Below, piece by piece: positions 32,196 through 42,714 of a stretch of 64,000 bases of DNA. The first letter of the stretch is position 1. Each line of letters opens with the position of its first letter. The translations under genes were made by a program, and so were the position numbers. The stretch is taken from the NCBI GenBank assembly GCA_963813075.1, contig CAWEXU010000017.1, positions 1 to 64,000 on the forward strand, read 5' to 3'. The notes beneath the pieces were generated by a model, which was given only the letters and a program-made list of their open reading frames with translations, made no database searches and had not been told where the DNA came from. Source of the DNA: Methanotrichaceae archaeon (lineage in GTDB: Archaea > Halobacteriota > Methanosarcinia > Methanotrichales > Methanotrichaceae).

Positions 32196-33461
32196 ATGAG
32201 CCGCACAATAGAGGACATAAAGAAAAGCATAAAGAAGGGAACGGCGGTGGTCCTCACCCAGCAGGAGGTCTCCCAGATCGTCAGGGAAAAGGGAGAGATC
32301 AGCCTGAAGGATGTGGATGTCGTCACCACTGCCACAAGAGCGATAATGAGCGGCACCTATGCCGTGCTATCCTTTCCCCTGGCAGCTCCAGGCTCATTCG
32401 TCCGCGCCATCAGCGCCAGTATTAACGGCGTTCCTGCAATCCCAGGGCCCTGCCCCAATGAGCGGCTGGGAATGGTCGACCTGATGGTCTACGGCACCTC
32501 GCACAGCATATACCAGCCAGACTACGGAGGAGGGCACCTCTTCCGGGAGCTGGTGAATGGAAAAGAGGTCCATGTTCTGGTCGAGGGGGAAAATAAGGAG
32601 ATCATGGAGAAGGGCATCTGCCTGGATGAGATCCCTTACGCCCGCATATTCTCCACTCGCAATGCCTTCAAAAACTATGTGGCCTTCGTCAACCCCGGCT
32701 CTCAGCCGGTCAGGACCATCTTCAGCGCACTCGAGTTTCCGCCCCACTTTTCCGCCGCTACGGTTTCGGGATGCGGCCAGATCAATCCCATAAAGAACGA
32801 CCCCAATCTGGAGACCATAGGCATAGGAACCCGCATTCTCCTCAACGGCGCTCAGGGGTTCGTGGTGGGCACGGGCACCCGTTCCATGCCCACCCGGCCC
32901 AACCTCCTCGGCCTGGCGGATATGCACCAGATGAAGCCGGAGTACATGGGCGGCTTTGTCACCTCCGCCGGCCCGGAGTGCATAGGCTCCTGGGCGGTGC
33001 CCATTCCGGTGCTCAATGAGTCCATCCTGAAAAGCATAATGCAGCAGGATCGCGATATTCCTCTCACCATAATGGATGTGAATTTACGCCAGAAGATCGC
33101 CAAGACCACTTATGGGGATGTCTGGGATTCGGTCGACCTGGTGGTTGGATTTGATCCGGAAAGGTGCAGAGGCTGCACGAGGTGCACCGCAGAGCCGGCC
33201 TGCCCCATGAGGGCGATTAGCATCGAGGATGGCCGGGTTTTGCGCGATAAAGAGTTGTGCTTCAACTGCGGCCTGTGCGTCTCCCAGTGCAGCGGCGGGG
33301 CCTTTCAGGGAAGGCTGGGGGCCATCCGCCTGGGGGGGAGGACCATTCCCATCCAGCTTCGCCAATCGGATAGAGCAAGGGCAATAGAGCTGGCAAAGAA
33401 GCTGAAACTGCAGATTCTGGATGGATCCTTCCGGCTGACTGAGATGGTGGAGCGACTTTAG
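32196..33461 (+). CDS. DUF39-domain protein with C-terminal ferredoxin (methanogenesis marker 16-like)
   Basis: VDVVTTATRAIMSGT, GPCPNERLG, SGCGQINP, CRGCTRC and CFNCGLCVSQC. Confidence 0.8.
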   Translation: MSRTIEDIKKSIKKGTAVVLTQQEVSQIVREKGEISLKDVDVVTTATRAIMSGTYAVLSFPLAAPGSFVRAISASINGVPAIPGPCPNERLGMVDLMVYGTSHSIYQPDYGGGHLFRELVNGKEVHVLVEGENKEIMEKGICLDEIPYARIFSTRNAFKNYVAFVNPGSQPVRTIFSALEFPPHFSAATVSGCGQINPIKNDPNLETIGIGTRILLNGAQGFVVGTGTRSMPTRPNLLGLADMHQMKPEYMGGFVTSAGPECIGSWAVPIPVLNESILKSIMQQDRDIPLTIMDVNLRQKIAKTTYGDVWDSVDLVVGFDPERCRGCTRCTAEPACPMRAISIEDGRVLRDKELCFNCGLCVSQCSGGAFQGRLGAIRLGGRTIPIQLRQSDRARAIELAKKLKLQILDGSFRLTEMVERL

Positions 33462-33540
33462 GGAGCAGTAAGATTTTCGGATTATTGTTTTTTTCCCAAA
33501 TTCGCCACATCTAAATATCTTTGGCGCATAATAAACGATT

Positions 33541-35667
33541 ATGACTGATTATTTTGAGGCGATTGTTGTTGGCTCAGGATTTGGAGGGACAATCCTTGCC
33601 CTGTCCCTGGCAAATAAGTATGAGGCTGACAACGACAGGGATGAGACCGACAAAAAGGTCTGTCTATTAGAGCGAGGGCAATGGTGGCTCTCTCATGAGA
33701 TGAACTTCGTTCCCAGAGCAGGCAGAAAGACGACGCCAAACCTGCGAGAATATCTGGAAGATAATGGCAGGCCCTACCATTTCTGGCCTCATCCGGATAA
33801 TGTCTCTGGTATTCTGGAGCTTTTGTCTACAGCCAAAACCGTCTCCCGGGCAGGGCTTTTCGACTATAAGGTTCTGGGCAATGTACATTCGATACAGGCA
33901 AGCGGCGTGGGCGGCGGATCTCTGGTATACTCAAATGTCACCCTCGCGCCAAGTAGCAGCGTCTTTGCCAGCTGGCCGACCCAATCTGAGGGGAAAAAGC
34001 TGGAGGAGTACTTCGATTTGGTCAATCAGTTCCTGGTGGTGAATAAGATAACCGCCAATGCCGGTTTGAGCAATAATATGCTGGAGAAGACAAAAGCATT
34101 TCAGGATGCTGGCCAGGCTCTGGTCGATGGGGGCAATAGCGATATAGTCAATGTCAAGAATGAGGAAGGCAGGCTGGTCGGAGACTTCGACCTGAACCTG
34201 TCGATAACCAACATTCCAGCAGGCTTATTGGATGGTCCGACCCCGCCCGAGGACGAGCTTCAAAGGCTGCTGAAAAGGCAAGAAAACGTATGCCAGAGAC
34301 AGGGAAGATGCGTTCTTGGCTGTGTTCCCAATGCCAGGCATACCTTTAGCCGCCATCTATTCAATGCCATAAATCCCAGGCCCCCAAAAAAGGCAAAGCC
34401 GATGGATATTCGGGAGCTGTGCGAGGTCTATGATATCGAATTCCGAGAAGGCGAGGACTACAGGTACAAAGTGAAATACTTCCAGTATGACTCGGATACG
34501 GAGAAAAGGACGGAGAAATCTCTGTATGCCAGGTCGGTTGTAATCGCTGCCGGCTCACTGGGCTCCTCAGAGCTGCTACTGAAGTGCTCGGCTAAAGGCA
34601 GCCTGAAACTGAGCAAAGCCCTGGGTACAAAGTTCTTCACAAATGGCGATATCTTCGGATTCATGACCCTGGAGCATAGGACAATAGATGTGACCAGAGG
34701 TCCCATAAATACCTCATATGTATCATTTAAACCTCAGGGAAATGCTTCTGCTTTCGCCATTGAGGACACCACCCTCCCCAAGATGGTAGCGCCACTGGTC
34801 GCCACCCTGATGGAGCTGGTCGCCCATGGGTCAAGAGAGGCAAATCTCAGCCAGCTGGATGACCTTGTCCGGGATCTGAATATGCTCTTCAAGTTCGGAG
34901 TCCTGGGAATCCTGGCCGGAGGAATGTCAACGACATCTCTGGTCCGACTGTTTACCAAGATTTGGAACAATCCCTCTGCCAGGAAGGTGCTGGTGGACAT
35001 CCTCAAGACCGGCACTTCAAAGGATGAGTCAATACGAAAATTCATGGAAGCACTCTTGACCTGGGTCTCAACTGACCGCACCGATGCATTTGCATCTCCC
35101 GAGGAGCGTATCTCAAAGTTCTATGCCTTTTCCGGAATGGGCGGAGGGGAAAAGCCAGGGGTCCTCAAGCTCAGACCCAACTGGAGAAAATTGGAGGCAG
35201 AGGATGATCCTGGAGAGAGGATATATGTGAGCTGGCCTGCGGCAGAAAATAATCAGGTCCTGAAGAATATAGCCGATGGAATGAGGCAGCTGGCGGGAGA
35301 GATGGATGCCGGGGGCAGGGAGAGAGTCTACACTCCCTTCTGGAACTTCAAGGATCCCAGGAATAGCACATCAGTGATTCTCCACCCTCTTGGCGGATGC
35401 CCTATGGGCCTCAATGTGGACGAGGGAGTGGTCGATAGCTATGGCCAGGTTTTCTGGAGAGACGGCACGACAGATAAAATCAAAAGATATCCTGGATTGT
35501 ATGTAGTTGACGGATCGGTTATGCCTGAGGCTCCGGGAGTGAATCCAACAATGCTTATAGCCGCATTCGCCTTCAGAGCCGCAGAGAGTATTGTGGGACC
35601 CGAGCACCTTCCCAAAGCCGGAATGAGATGGAGGAGTTCACAGATCGGTACGGCAGCCGTTTTATAA
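33541..35667 (+). CDS. GMC oxidoreductase, cholesterol-oxidase-like
   Basis: VVGSGFGG, LLERG, GVGGGSLVYSN, CQRQGRCVLGC, HPLGGCPMG, VDGS...GVNPT. Confidence 0.85.
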   Translation: MTDYFEAIVVGSGFGGTILALSLANKYEADNDRDETDKKVCLLERGQWWLSHEMNFVPRAGRKTTPNLREYLEDNGRPYHFWPHPDNVSGILELLSTAKTVSRAGLFDYKVLGNVHSIQASGVGGGSLVYSNVTLAPSSSVFASWPTQSEGKKLEEYFDLVNQFLVVNKITANAGLSNNMLEKTKAFQDAGQALVDGGNSDIVNVKNEEGRLVGDFDLNLSITNIPAGLLDGPTPPEDELQRLLKRQENVCQRQGRCVLGCVPNARHTFSRHLFNAINPRPPKKAKPMDIRELCEVYDIEFREGEDYRYKVKYFQYDSDTEKRTEKSLYARSVVIAAGSLGSSELLLKCSAKGSLKLSKALGTKFFTNGDIFGFMTLEHRTIDVTRGPINTSYVSFKPQGNASAFAIEDTTLPKMVAPLVATLMELVAHGSREANLSQLDDLVRDLNMLFKFGVLGILAGGMSTTSLVRLFTKIWNNPSARKVLVDILKTGTSKDESIRKFMEALLTWVSTDRTDAFASPEERISKFYAFSGMGGGEKPGVLKLRPNWRKLEAEDDPGERIYVSWPAAENNQVLKNIADGMRQLAGEMDAGGRERVYTPFWNFKDPRNSTSVILHPLGGCPMGLNVDEGVVDSYGQVFWRDGTTDKIKRYPGLYVVDGSVMPEAPGVNPTMLIAAFAFRAAESIVGPEHLPKAGMRWRSSQIGTAAVL

Positions 35668-36053
35668 AATTGGTGGACAGCGGGGCCAGTGGAAAGGAGT
35701 TTGAGTTCGATCGGGTGCTGCTTATGCCCACAGCCGCAGGCTACCGTGCCCTGGTAGAGCAGGCCAGAATTGAGATCAACCCCCGGATAATGAAGTATCT
35801 ATCCAGGAGATGGTCGGAAGGCGCGATAGAGAATCTCTCCTTCTTCGCCATGGCTGCAGCCGTGTATGCCCGGAGCGTCTCCGATCCGCCAGTGAATATT
35901 GATGTGGGACGGGCAATATTGCGACATGTCTCAATCTCCAAGAAGGCACAAAAGGGTTCCAATGCGAAAATAAAAGAAGCAATTTGCGAATGCGGTTCAA
36001 AAAAGAGAAGCTGGGGTTTGTTGAACCCCCGATCCATGTGGAATCATTGTTGA
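35628..36053 (+). CDS. Hypothetical protein
   Basis: 141-aa ORF overlapping the end of the GMC gene. Confidence 0.4.
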   Translation: MEEFTDRYGSRFIKLVDSGASGKEFEFDRVLLMPTAAGYRALVEQARIEINPRIMKYLSRRWSEGAIENLSFFAMAAAVYARSVSDPPVNIDVGRAILRHVSISKKAQKGSNAKIKEAICECGSKKRSWGLLNPRSMWNHC

Positions 36054-36081
36054 GATAGACCCCCACAACTGCTTGTCCAAA

Positions 36082-38079
36082 TCAGTCTGTGACTAGAGGA
36101 TCTAATGGTTCAATTGTTGGTCGATATATATCGTCTGGTATGTTATCATGCACCAGACTCTTATCACCTTTTATGGTGCCAAAGTAGTCGTAAATGCCAC
36201 CACCGTTTCCGCCGGTGGCGTTGTTATAGGATATTGAGCCTGCAATCAAGTTTACTGTGCTCTTTTCACTGAAAATCCCGCCGCCACGGGCGAGTCCGAT
36301 TGCTTTATTCCCGATTATGTTGCCTCCTCTTAGGTTCACTGTGCCCTGAACGCTGTAGATCCCGCCGCCTATTGGTGCGCTATTATTAGTGATGTTGCCT
36401 CCCATCAGGAGGTTCACTGTGCCCTGATTGCTGTAGATCCCGCCGCCACGTGGTACGTCCTTTCCATTTAGGTCCACTGTGCCGGGATCGTCGTTACCGG
36501 CTATATTACCGGATATGGAGCTTTTGTACAGATTCACTGTGCCATGATCGATGTAAATGCCGCCACCGCCACCATGAGCTCTGTTACCGGATATGATGGA
36601 GCCTTCAGCCAGATTCACTTTGCCTTCGCTGAAAATTCCGCCGCCGATGTTTGCGGTATTCCCTATTATGCTACCGCCGTACACTGCTACAGTGCCATTT
36701 CCATAGCTGGATATGCCGCCACCGAAGTATGCCGTGTTTCCAGAAATGGTGCTATCCTTCAACCTCAAAGAGGCAAAGTTTTTGATTCCGCTGTCGCTAC
36801 CTCCCTGGATGGTCAAGCCCGAAAGGGAGACATAGGCGTTTGGATTATTCTCACCGATGGCGAACACAGACCCGGATTGCTGGCCGTCCACTATGGTGTC
36901 GCTGGCCCCTGACCCTGAAACCGTCAGAGATTTGTCGATCAACACATTCTCTTTATAGGTTCCTTCAGCCACATTTATGGTATCGTATGACTCTGAGGCA
37001 TCCACAGCACCCTGAATACTGTTGGCAATGGGATTACTGACATCTACATAGTAGCCCAGAGTCCCGAATGCATAGCCATTGGAGGCCTGCATGTTCAGAT
37101 CATACTCATCGCCGTAGTTTGAGGTCCTGGTTTTGGAGGCGCTGCCTCCAACAGCTGCGCTTTTGAAATACCCCGAAATATGAGCGGATTGCCCGGCTTC
37201 CACAGAATCCCCGTAGTCTACATCCATAGTATATGGAGGAATTCCGTTATACTTAGTAGCCGTCCCTTTATAGTTGTGGAGAACGCCAAAGGTCTCTGTG
37301 CTCACCTCGGCATTGGCCTTACCGAACATGGATCTTGATTCAGTGTCTATTTGTTCGCCTTTTGCAGTGCCTATGCTCTGCGACACATCAAGCTTTATAC
37401 GAGAGGTTAGCGAGGCTTTGGCCGAATCGGTGTAATTTTCTATGGATCCGAACAGAACAGTGGTTTTCGCCTCAGACTTTTCTCCGGCAAGATCATCTGG
37501 AGATATCGTCAGTGCTTCGGCTTCTGTCAGGATTGAGCCATAAGGCGCATATGCCATCGTTGCGCTCTGTGAGGCACTAGCATCATTTGCTGATGCGGTT
37601 GCCAAGTTAGAGTAACCATCTAAGCTTGCTCTATTTCCATAATCAAATAGGACAGTGCTCACACCGGCATTATTTCCCCGGGCGTTAGAAGAATTGGCAT
37701 ATGCGCTGATGTAAGAGGCATTTATGACAACCACATCCTCCCCTGCCCAGACTTTATTTGGATTTATCGAGCCACCCAGCATCCAACTATAATAATAGGA
37801 TTGAGCATTGCGAATATCCACTCCTACGCCTGCTTTATCTCCCCCGGTGTTCGATATCCAGTGGTCCTCGGAAAAGTCACCGTTGCCTTCGATGGAATTC
37901 GACAGGCTATCCGACCCAATTACAGCGCTGCCATAAACTGAATCTCCATCATCGGCGTTGATATTTTCTGTAAATCCTCCGACATCATTGGATACAGAGA
38001 CCGAGATGCCACTGGATGATGGAGCCAATGCCAGCATTATTAGCAGTACCTCTACGATTAGAGTTCTATTAATTTTCAT
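36082..38079 (-). CDS. Secreted/surface protein with pectin-lyase-like beta-helix (GGGI / N.A repeats)
   Basis: Signal peptide; SIQGAVDAS..DTINVAEGTYKENV and repeated GNTA..GGGI. Confidence 0.8.
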   Translation of the reverse strand: MKINRTLIVEVLLIMLALAPSSSGISVSVSNDVGGFTENINADDGDSVYGSAVIGSDSLSNSIEGNGDFSEDHWISNTGGDKAGVGVDIRNAQSYYYSWMLGGSINPNKVWAGEDVVVINASYISAYANSSNARGNNAGVSTVLFDYGNRASLDGYSNLATASANDASASQSATMAYAPYGSILTEAEALTISPDDLAGEKSEAKTTVLFGSIENYTDSAKASLTSRIKLDVSQSIGTAKGEQIDTESRSMFGKANAEVSTETFGVLHNYKGTATKYNGIPPYTMDVDYGDSVEAGQSAHISGYFKSAAVGGSASKTRTSNYGDEYDLNMQASNGYAFGTLGYYVDVSNPIANSIQGAVDASESYDTINVAEGTYKENVLIDKSLTVSGSGASDTIVDGQQSGSVFAIGENNPNAYVSLSGLTIQGGSDSGIKNFASLRLKDSTISGNTAYFGGGISSYGNGTVAVYGGSIIGNTANIGGGIFSEGKVNLAEGSIISGNRAHGGGGGIYIDHGTVNLYKSSISGNIAGNDDPGTVDLNGKDVPRGGGIYSNQGTVNLLMGGNITNNSAPIGGGIYSVQGTVNLRGGNIIGNKAIGLARGGGIFSEKSTVNLIAGSISYNNATGGNGGGIYDYFGTIKGDKSLVHDNIPDDIYRPTIEPLDPLVTD

Positions 38080-39043
38080 ATTATTTCACCCCAACTTACA
38101 GCTTCAATTATCCTACATTATTCATTCTTGATAGAGGATTTCACCTACACCAAGGTGAACAAAATCAAAAATTCTATATACACATATTAGTATATTCCAA
38201 CTATAAAAAGATAATCATCAAACGTTTAAATTGAATTTTCGAGATTTAAATCAATCCATTTAGGTATAATTACTTTTATTAAGTTTATTTAGGGAGGCTT
38301 CGAAAATTACTACAAAAATTTCTTAAATATTTTTCGCTATGCAATCTCAATTGCTAACTTTATCATACCTGTTAGGAGGTCCTGCCTCAGATGGTCGAAA
38401 GAGCGAGGTCGAAAGAGCGAAATAGAACTCTCCATCCTGGCTATGTCGATCGTTATCCATGCCCTGAGCACTCCCGATTCGCCGTTGATATCGATGTGGG
38501 ACAACATTTGCGGACATAATGCTTTTCTCCAATCAGTTCCCTGAGTGCGAAAATAATCAGATGTCATGTCAGCTTAAATCATTTCACTGCCTATTTAATC
38601 CAAAAAAGGATGTCATAAAAGATGTCGATCTGGCAATGGAATTCGCATTATAACAATTATCTTTATTTTTTTCTCATAAAAAAAATTCTGAACCATTAAG
38701 GATCATGATCTATGAAATTAATTCTTATGTTGGATTTTAATACTAAAGAACCAAAATTATTCGATAAACTTCCATAAATAATCCAAATCAGTAAAAAAAG
38801 TTAGTTAAATTATTTATCTTATAAGGGATACTGTATTAATAATCTTAACTCAGATTTCGTTGCATGATGCCTGTGCAGCTGTGGATAAGATCGGGAATAA
38901 GAGATATCAGGAGGTCAAAGAAAGAGGCCGAGCAGTACTGAACACAGTTATTGAGAAACGTTTACAAATAGAGTATTGTTAGCCTATATCGGGCTTGCAT
39001 CTCTGGATATTGAATTCAAAAATCAAAATCAGGATGTGTACCC

Positions 39044-39886
39044 ATGAGTTTCACGGACAATTGCGATATCTTCGCATCTTTTCACGAGGATGGCTTTAAC
39101 CGGATCATAAGTCATGTCATGAGCCAGAGGCCGTCGCTGTTCAACTATGCAACAGCAGATGTGGCACAGAATCGAGAGCTTCTATGCAGTGTGATCAAGC
39201 CTCACCCCATCGTCAATATCCGCAAAAATCCCCTGGTGACTATTGTCGATCCACTGCCTATCCCCGGCACAGGTTATGGTGTCAATTTCGCGGCTCAAAT
39301 AGAGGAGTTGAAGATAGACTTCTATCCCGGCAATCAGTTTGAACTGCCTGCAGAGCTTAATCCTCCTCTTGCGGTTCAACGTCTGGGGATAAAGCTGAGG
39401 ATATGCGCTGGCATCGGCTGTCCTCCCAGAGATTTGATCGATAAATATATTCCCCCGCCTGATGACCCGGATAAGGATCGACCTCGAAGGGATGAAAAAG
39501 CTCCGCTCATTCCCCTGCCCGTCCGCCAGCTGAACTGCTTCTGCCTGGATGCCTTTGTCACCGGTGGGATGAGAATTGTCAATTACTACGGAAAGCCGTA
39601 TCTTGAGCCGTTCCTGGATGGATTCGAGATCGTGGACATCAAGCCGGAGGGGCTTGAAAACAGCATCGAATGCTATGTTATCCTGCTGCTCAAGCTTTCA
39701 GTCCTTCCCGGCTTGAGAATCCTTCTTGAGGATATGACTCTCAACCTGACCCAGGGGGCGCCGGACCTCTTCCCTACTCCGACCAACATCGTCCTCAGTC
39801 CAATGCCGGTATCGCCTGCCCTGCCCAATAATCCTGCCATTGAAGAAGACCAGCTGAAGGTCTTCATAAAAGCGGAGGTGATCTGA
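39044..39886 (+). CDS. Hypothetical protein, gene 1 of a three-gene operon
   Basis: 280-aa ORF ending 2 nt before the next gene. Confidence 0.75.
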   Translation: MSFTDNCDIFASFHEDGFNRIISHVMSQRPSLFNYATADVAQNRELLCSVIKPHPIVNIRKNPLVTIVDPLPIPGTGYGVNFAAQIEELKIDFYPGNQFELPAELNPPLAVQRLGIKLRICAGIGCPPRDLIDKYIPPPDDPDKDRPRRDEKAPLIPLPVRQLNCFCLDAFVTGGMRIVNYYGKPYLEPFLDGFEIVDIKPEGLENSIECYVILLLKLSVLPGLRILLEDMTLNLTQGAPDLFPTPTNIVLSPMPVSPALPNNPAIEEDQLKVFIKAEVI

Positions 39887-39888
39887 AA

Positions 39889-40833
39889 ATGGCACATCTG
39901 ACCATAGCCGCCTCGGAAAAGGTCTTCACCGGGCTCTTCGAGGCGGTTCGAGATAACTTCCTCCTGGAAAGTTCCGATAGCCGCGACTTTGGGCCATTCA
40001 CCGCCAGCTACTACTTAAAGGCCCATCTGGAGGGCGGGAGCGTCGATCTCCGGGCGGATAATACCGTACAGATCAAGGAGCTGGACATCAAATGGGATAA
40101 ATTGGACCTGACCCTTGGCATTGACATTCCTGAAATATGCGTCGGAGGTTTCTGCATCATCCCCAATCCGTTTGGCGGATGCATATTGAGAGCTCCCAGG
40201 ATTTGCATCTTCTCCAGTGATCCGGACATCAGCTTCACCCTGCCTTTGGGAGGGCTGATCACATCGGAAATATCAGTAACTGCATCGCTGCTAATGAAGT
40301 ATGCCATCAATCCCGACCGTCCTGCAGGAATGAACGACTGGGATGCACAGGATGCCGATCCTTCCCTGGCCAACCACTGGCAGCTTTTCATCGATCCCCA
40401 GTTCCTTGATGTGGATATATTTGATATCTCCGATATAGTGGCAGACCTGCTGGAGAATGCGGTTAACGCTGCCATAGACAACCTGCTTGGCTTCCTGCCC
40501 GGCTGGGCCCGCGATCTGGTCAAGGCCATAATGGGCTCTGCAATCGATCTTATCAGAGCGATCCTTGATATCGGCGACGACATCCAGGAATGGATCTCGG
40601 ATCTATTAAATGTCAGCTTTGGGATACTCGATTTCGTCTTGCAGCTGATCGCAGACTACCTGGCCAATAAGACTCCCATTCAGCAGATAGAGGATCCGTA
40701 TCCGATTCTGCCGGAGGCTAATAATCCCAATCCAGGAGCGCCAGCAAAGATCGTGCCGGTGAAGATCCCAATCCGCGATCTGACGGTGTACAATGACGAC
40801 AGGGAAATGGTAATAAAGGGTAATGTGGGGTGA
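39889..40833 (+). CDS. Hypothetical protein, gene 2 of the operon
   Basis: 314-aa ORF preceded by a GGAGGTGA ribosome-binding site. Confidence 0.75.
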   Translation: MAHLTIAASEKVFTGLFEAVRDNFLLESSDSRDFGPFTASYYLKAHLEGGSVDLRADNTVQIKELDIKWDKLDLTLGIDIPEICVGGFCIIPNPFGGCILRAPRICIFSSDPDISFTLPLGGLITSEISVTASLLMKYAINPDRPAGMNDWDAQDADPSLANHWQLFIDPQFLDVDIFDISDIVADLLENAVNAAIDNLLGFLPGWARDLVKAIMGSAIDLIRAILDIGDDIQEWISDLLNVSFGILDFVLQLIADYLANKTPIQQIEDPYPILPEANNPNPGAPAKIVPVKIPIRDLTVYNDDREMVIKGNVG

Positions 40834-40839
40834 TTTCAA

Positions 40840-41559
40840 GTGAAGGCAAGAGTCAATCTCCAGCTAATTAAGACGACAACCTTTGACAGCGGAGCTTTAG
40901 GAATGCTGGCTATGGTGCTCCACCAGTTCAGCTCTCCTGGGCGCTACAGAGCATCGATATCCAGCCGAGGCAGAGTGCCTAAATCCGTCCACTTCGATGT
41001 GGATGCTAAGTCGGAGGCAATGCAGCTTAATATCGATCTGGCCGGGACCACCACCTCAATAGATAAAGCCTGCCGTGCCGTGATCCCCTGCGGCCAGAGC
41101 GAGGAACCGGCCCGGCTGGTTGTATCTCCCAAGGGCTATGTCCTGTTTCATGCATCCTCTGGATCCGGATATTCAGTAATTGTATCCGATTCACTGGGCA
41201 GAGTGGTCTTCAATAGCTCCAAACTGGGAAATGGCGACCTATTTGCCGTCTCCTTGCTGGAGCCGGGCAGCTATTCCATGAAAAATTCCGTTGACTCTTC
41301 TACAGGTGTTGCCTCCGTGACCCTGCCGGAGAGGATGTTTGGAAGAATGGGCGAACTGGAGACTCAGTATATTGATGTGGGCGAGAAGAAGCTCGATCCC
41401 CAGCGCATCGAATTGATCTCCTCTCAGGGTCTGGTGTTTCGAATCAAAAGCCCGGCTCGGATAGTGATCGCAAAAGAGCCCATTGCAAAGGAGGAGGCGA
41501 CCAGAGGAAGGACAAAGCCCATGGTCAGCTGGCGCAAGCTTGAGACCGACAGAAAATAG
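40840..41559 (+). CDS. Hypothetical beta-rich protein, gene 3 of the operon
   Basis: 239-aa ORF preceded by a GGGGTGA ribosome-binding site. Confidence 0.7.
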   Translation: MKARVNLQLIKTTTFDSGALGMLAMVLHQFSSPGRYRASISSRGRVPKSVHFDVDAKSEAMQLNIDLAGTTTSIDKACRAVIPCGQSEEPARLVVSPKGYVLFHASSGSGYSVIVSDSLGRVVFNSSKLGNGDLFAVSLLEPGSYSMKNSVDSSTGVASVTLPERMFGRMGELETQYIDVGEKKLDPQRIELISSQGLVFRIKSPARIVIAKEPIAKEEATRGRTKPMVSWRKLETDRK

Positions 41560-41703
41560 GCGGAAGATCTCCAGGTAGAAGATCGCCAGGTAGAAGATAG
41601 ATCGGAGATGGACCGATAGAAGACGGCCATCTGCAAAATCCGTTTGATGCTGGCGCGCCTCTGCGGAGGGCGCCGCTCAAGCGATTTTATGGGAGGATGC
41701 CTT

Positions 41704-42220
41704 GTGAATTCCGATGCACTTAAACGCTATCAAGAGAAGAGAGACTTTGCTGTTACCTCTGAGCCCAATCCCCTGCAGTCAGCCGGAAGAGAGAGATTCG
41801 AACCGCCTGATATTTGTGGTGCAGGAGCACCGATCACGCAGGCTGCATTACGACTTTCGGCTGGAGGTGGATGGCGTCTTGAAATCCTGGGCCGTTCCCA
41901 AGGGGCCCTCCATGAATCCGAGGGACAAGCGGCTGGCAGTGCAGACCGAGGACCATCCGCTAGAGTACGCCTCATTTGAGGGCACCATTCCCGAGGGAGA
42001 GTACGGAGCAGGGACGGTGGTCATCTGGGATTCAGGAAGTTACAGAAACCTTTCCAATAAGGATGGCCAGCCAATTCCCCTCTCCCAGGCCCTGGAGAGC
42101 GGCCATGCCTCATTCTGGCTGGAGGGCAGGAGGCTAGAGGGCGGCTTTGCCCTCACCAGGACCCCACGCGGCTGGCTGCTGGTCAAGATGCGAGATGAAA
42201 AGGCGAAGTCTTCGCCCTGA
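41704..42220 (+). CDS. Stand-alone LigD 3'-phosphoesterase domain protein (frameshift near 41770)
   Basis: [21 protein letters not shown], then [45 protein letters not shown] and [12 protein letters not shown]. Confidence 0.9.
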
Positions 42221-42229
42221 AAGTCCACT

Positions 42230-42426
42230 TCATCCCTCTTCGGATCGGCTCCGGGCCTTCTTTCCCTCTTCGATCAGCTCCTTTACCTTCTGGCCGCCCT
42301 TATGGCCGATCTTTTCGTAAAACTCCCTGCCATGGGTCTCGGCAGTCTTCATCCCCCCTTTCTTCCCGCCTCCTGCACAGTCATCCTGCCCTTCTCTTCC
42401 TTTTCCTGTCTATCTCTCTCTTCCAC
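42230..42426 (-). CDS. KGG-motif (GsiB/LEA-5-like) small stress protein; -1 indel in a homopolymer run near 42355
   Basis: GGAGGT RBS and GTG start; MTVQEAGRKGG / MKTAETHGREFYEKIGHKGGQKVKELIEEGK*. Absent from the ORF track. Confidence 0.8.
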
Positions 42427-42714
42427 CAGATCTACCTCCCACTCGTTTGACTGCAGGACCTCTAAATTTAATCTGTCCCGAGCATTTCTTTATCTCAGCG
42501 GCAATTTATCATGTAGAACTTCTTTAAATATTTATGTTTTGGTCGAAAGCTATTCAGATGAGGTAAAATCCCGGATAGAAACCTGCCAGGCAATCAAAAG
42601 AGAATGACCGCAAAAGCATGTCCGGTATAGCAGCGCTTTTGGGATGGCAGCATGAGATAGATTGCAGAAAATAGCAGAGAGCACAGAAAGCCAGGAGAAT
42701 CTTTCTGTGGTTTA

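Noticed and set aside
38337..38567. Short ORFs in the AT-rich gap
   Set aside because: No recognisable motifs; possibly a gene remnant, but unsupported.
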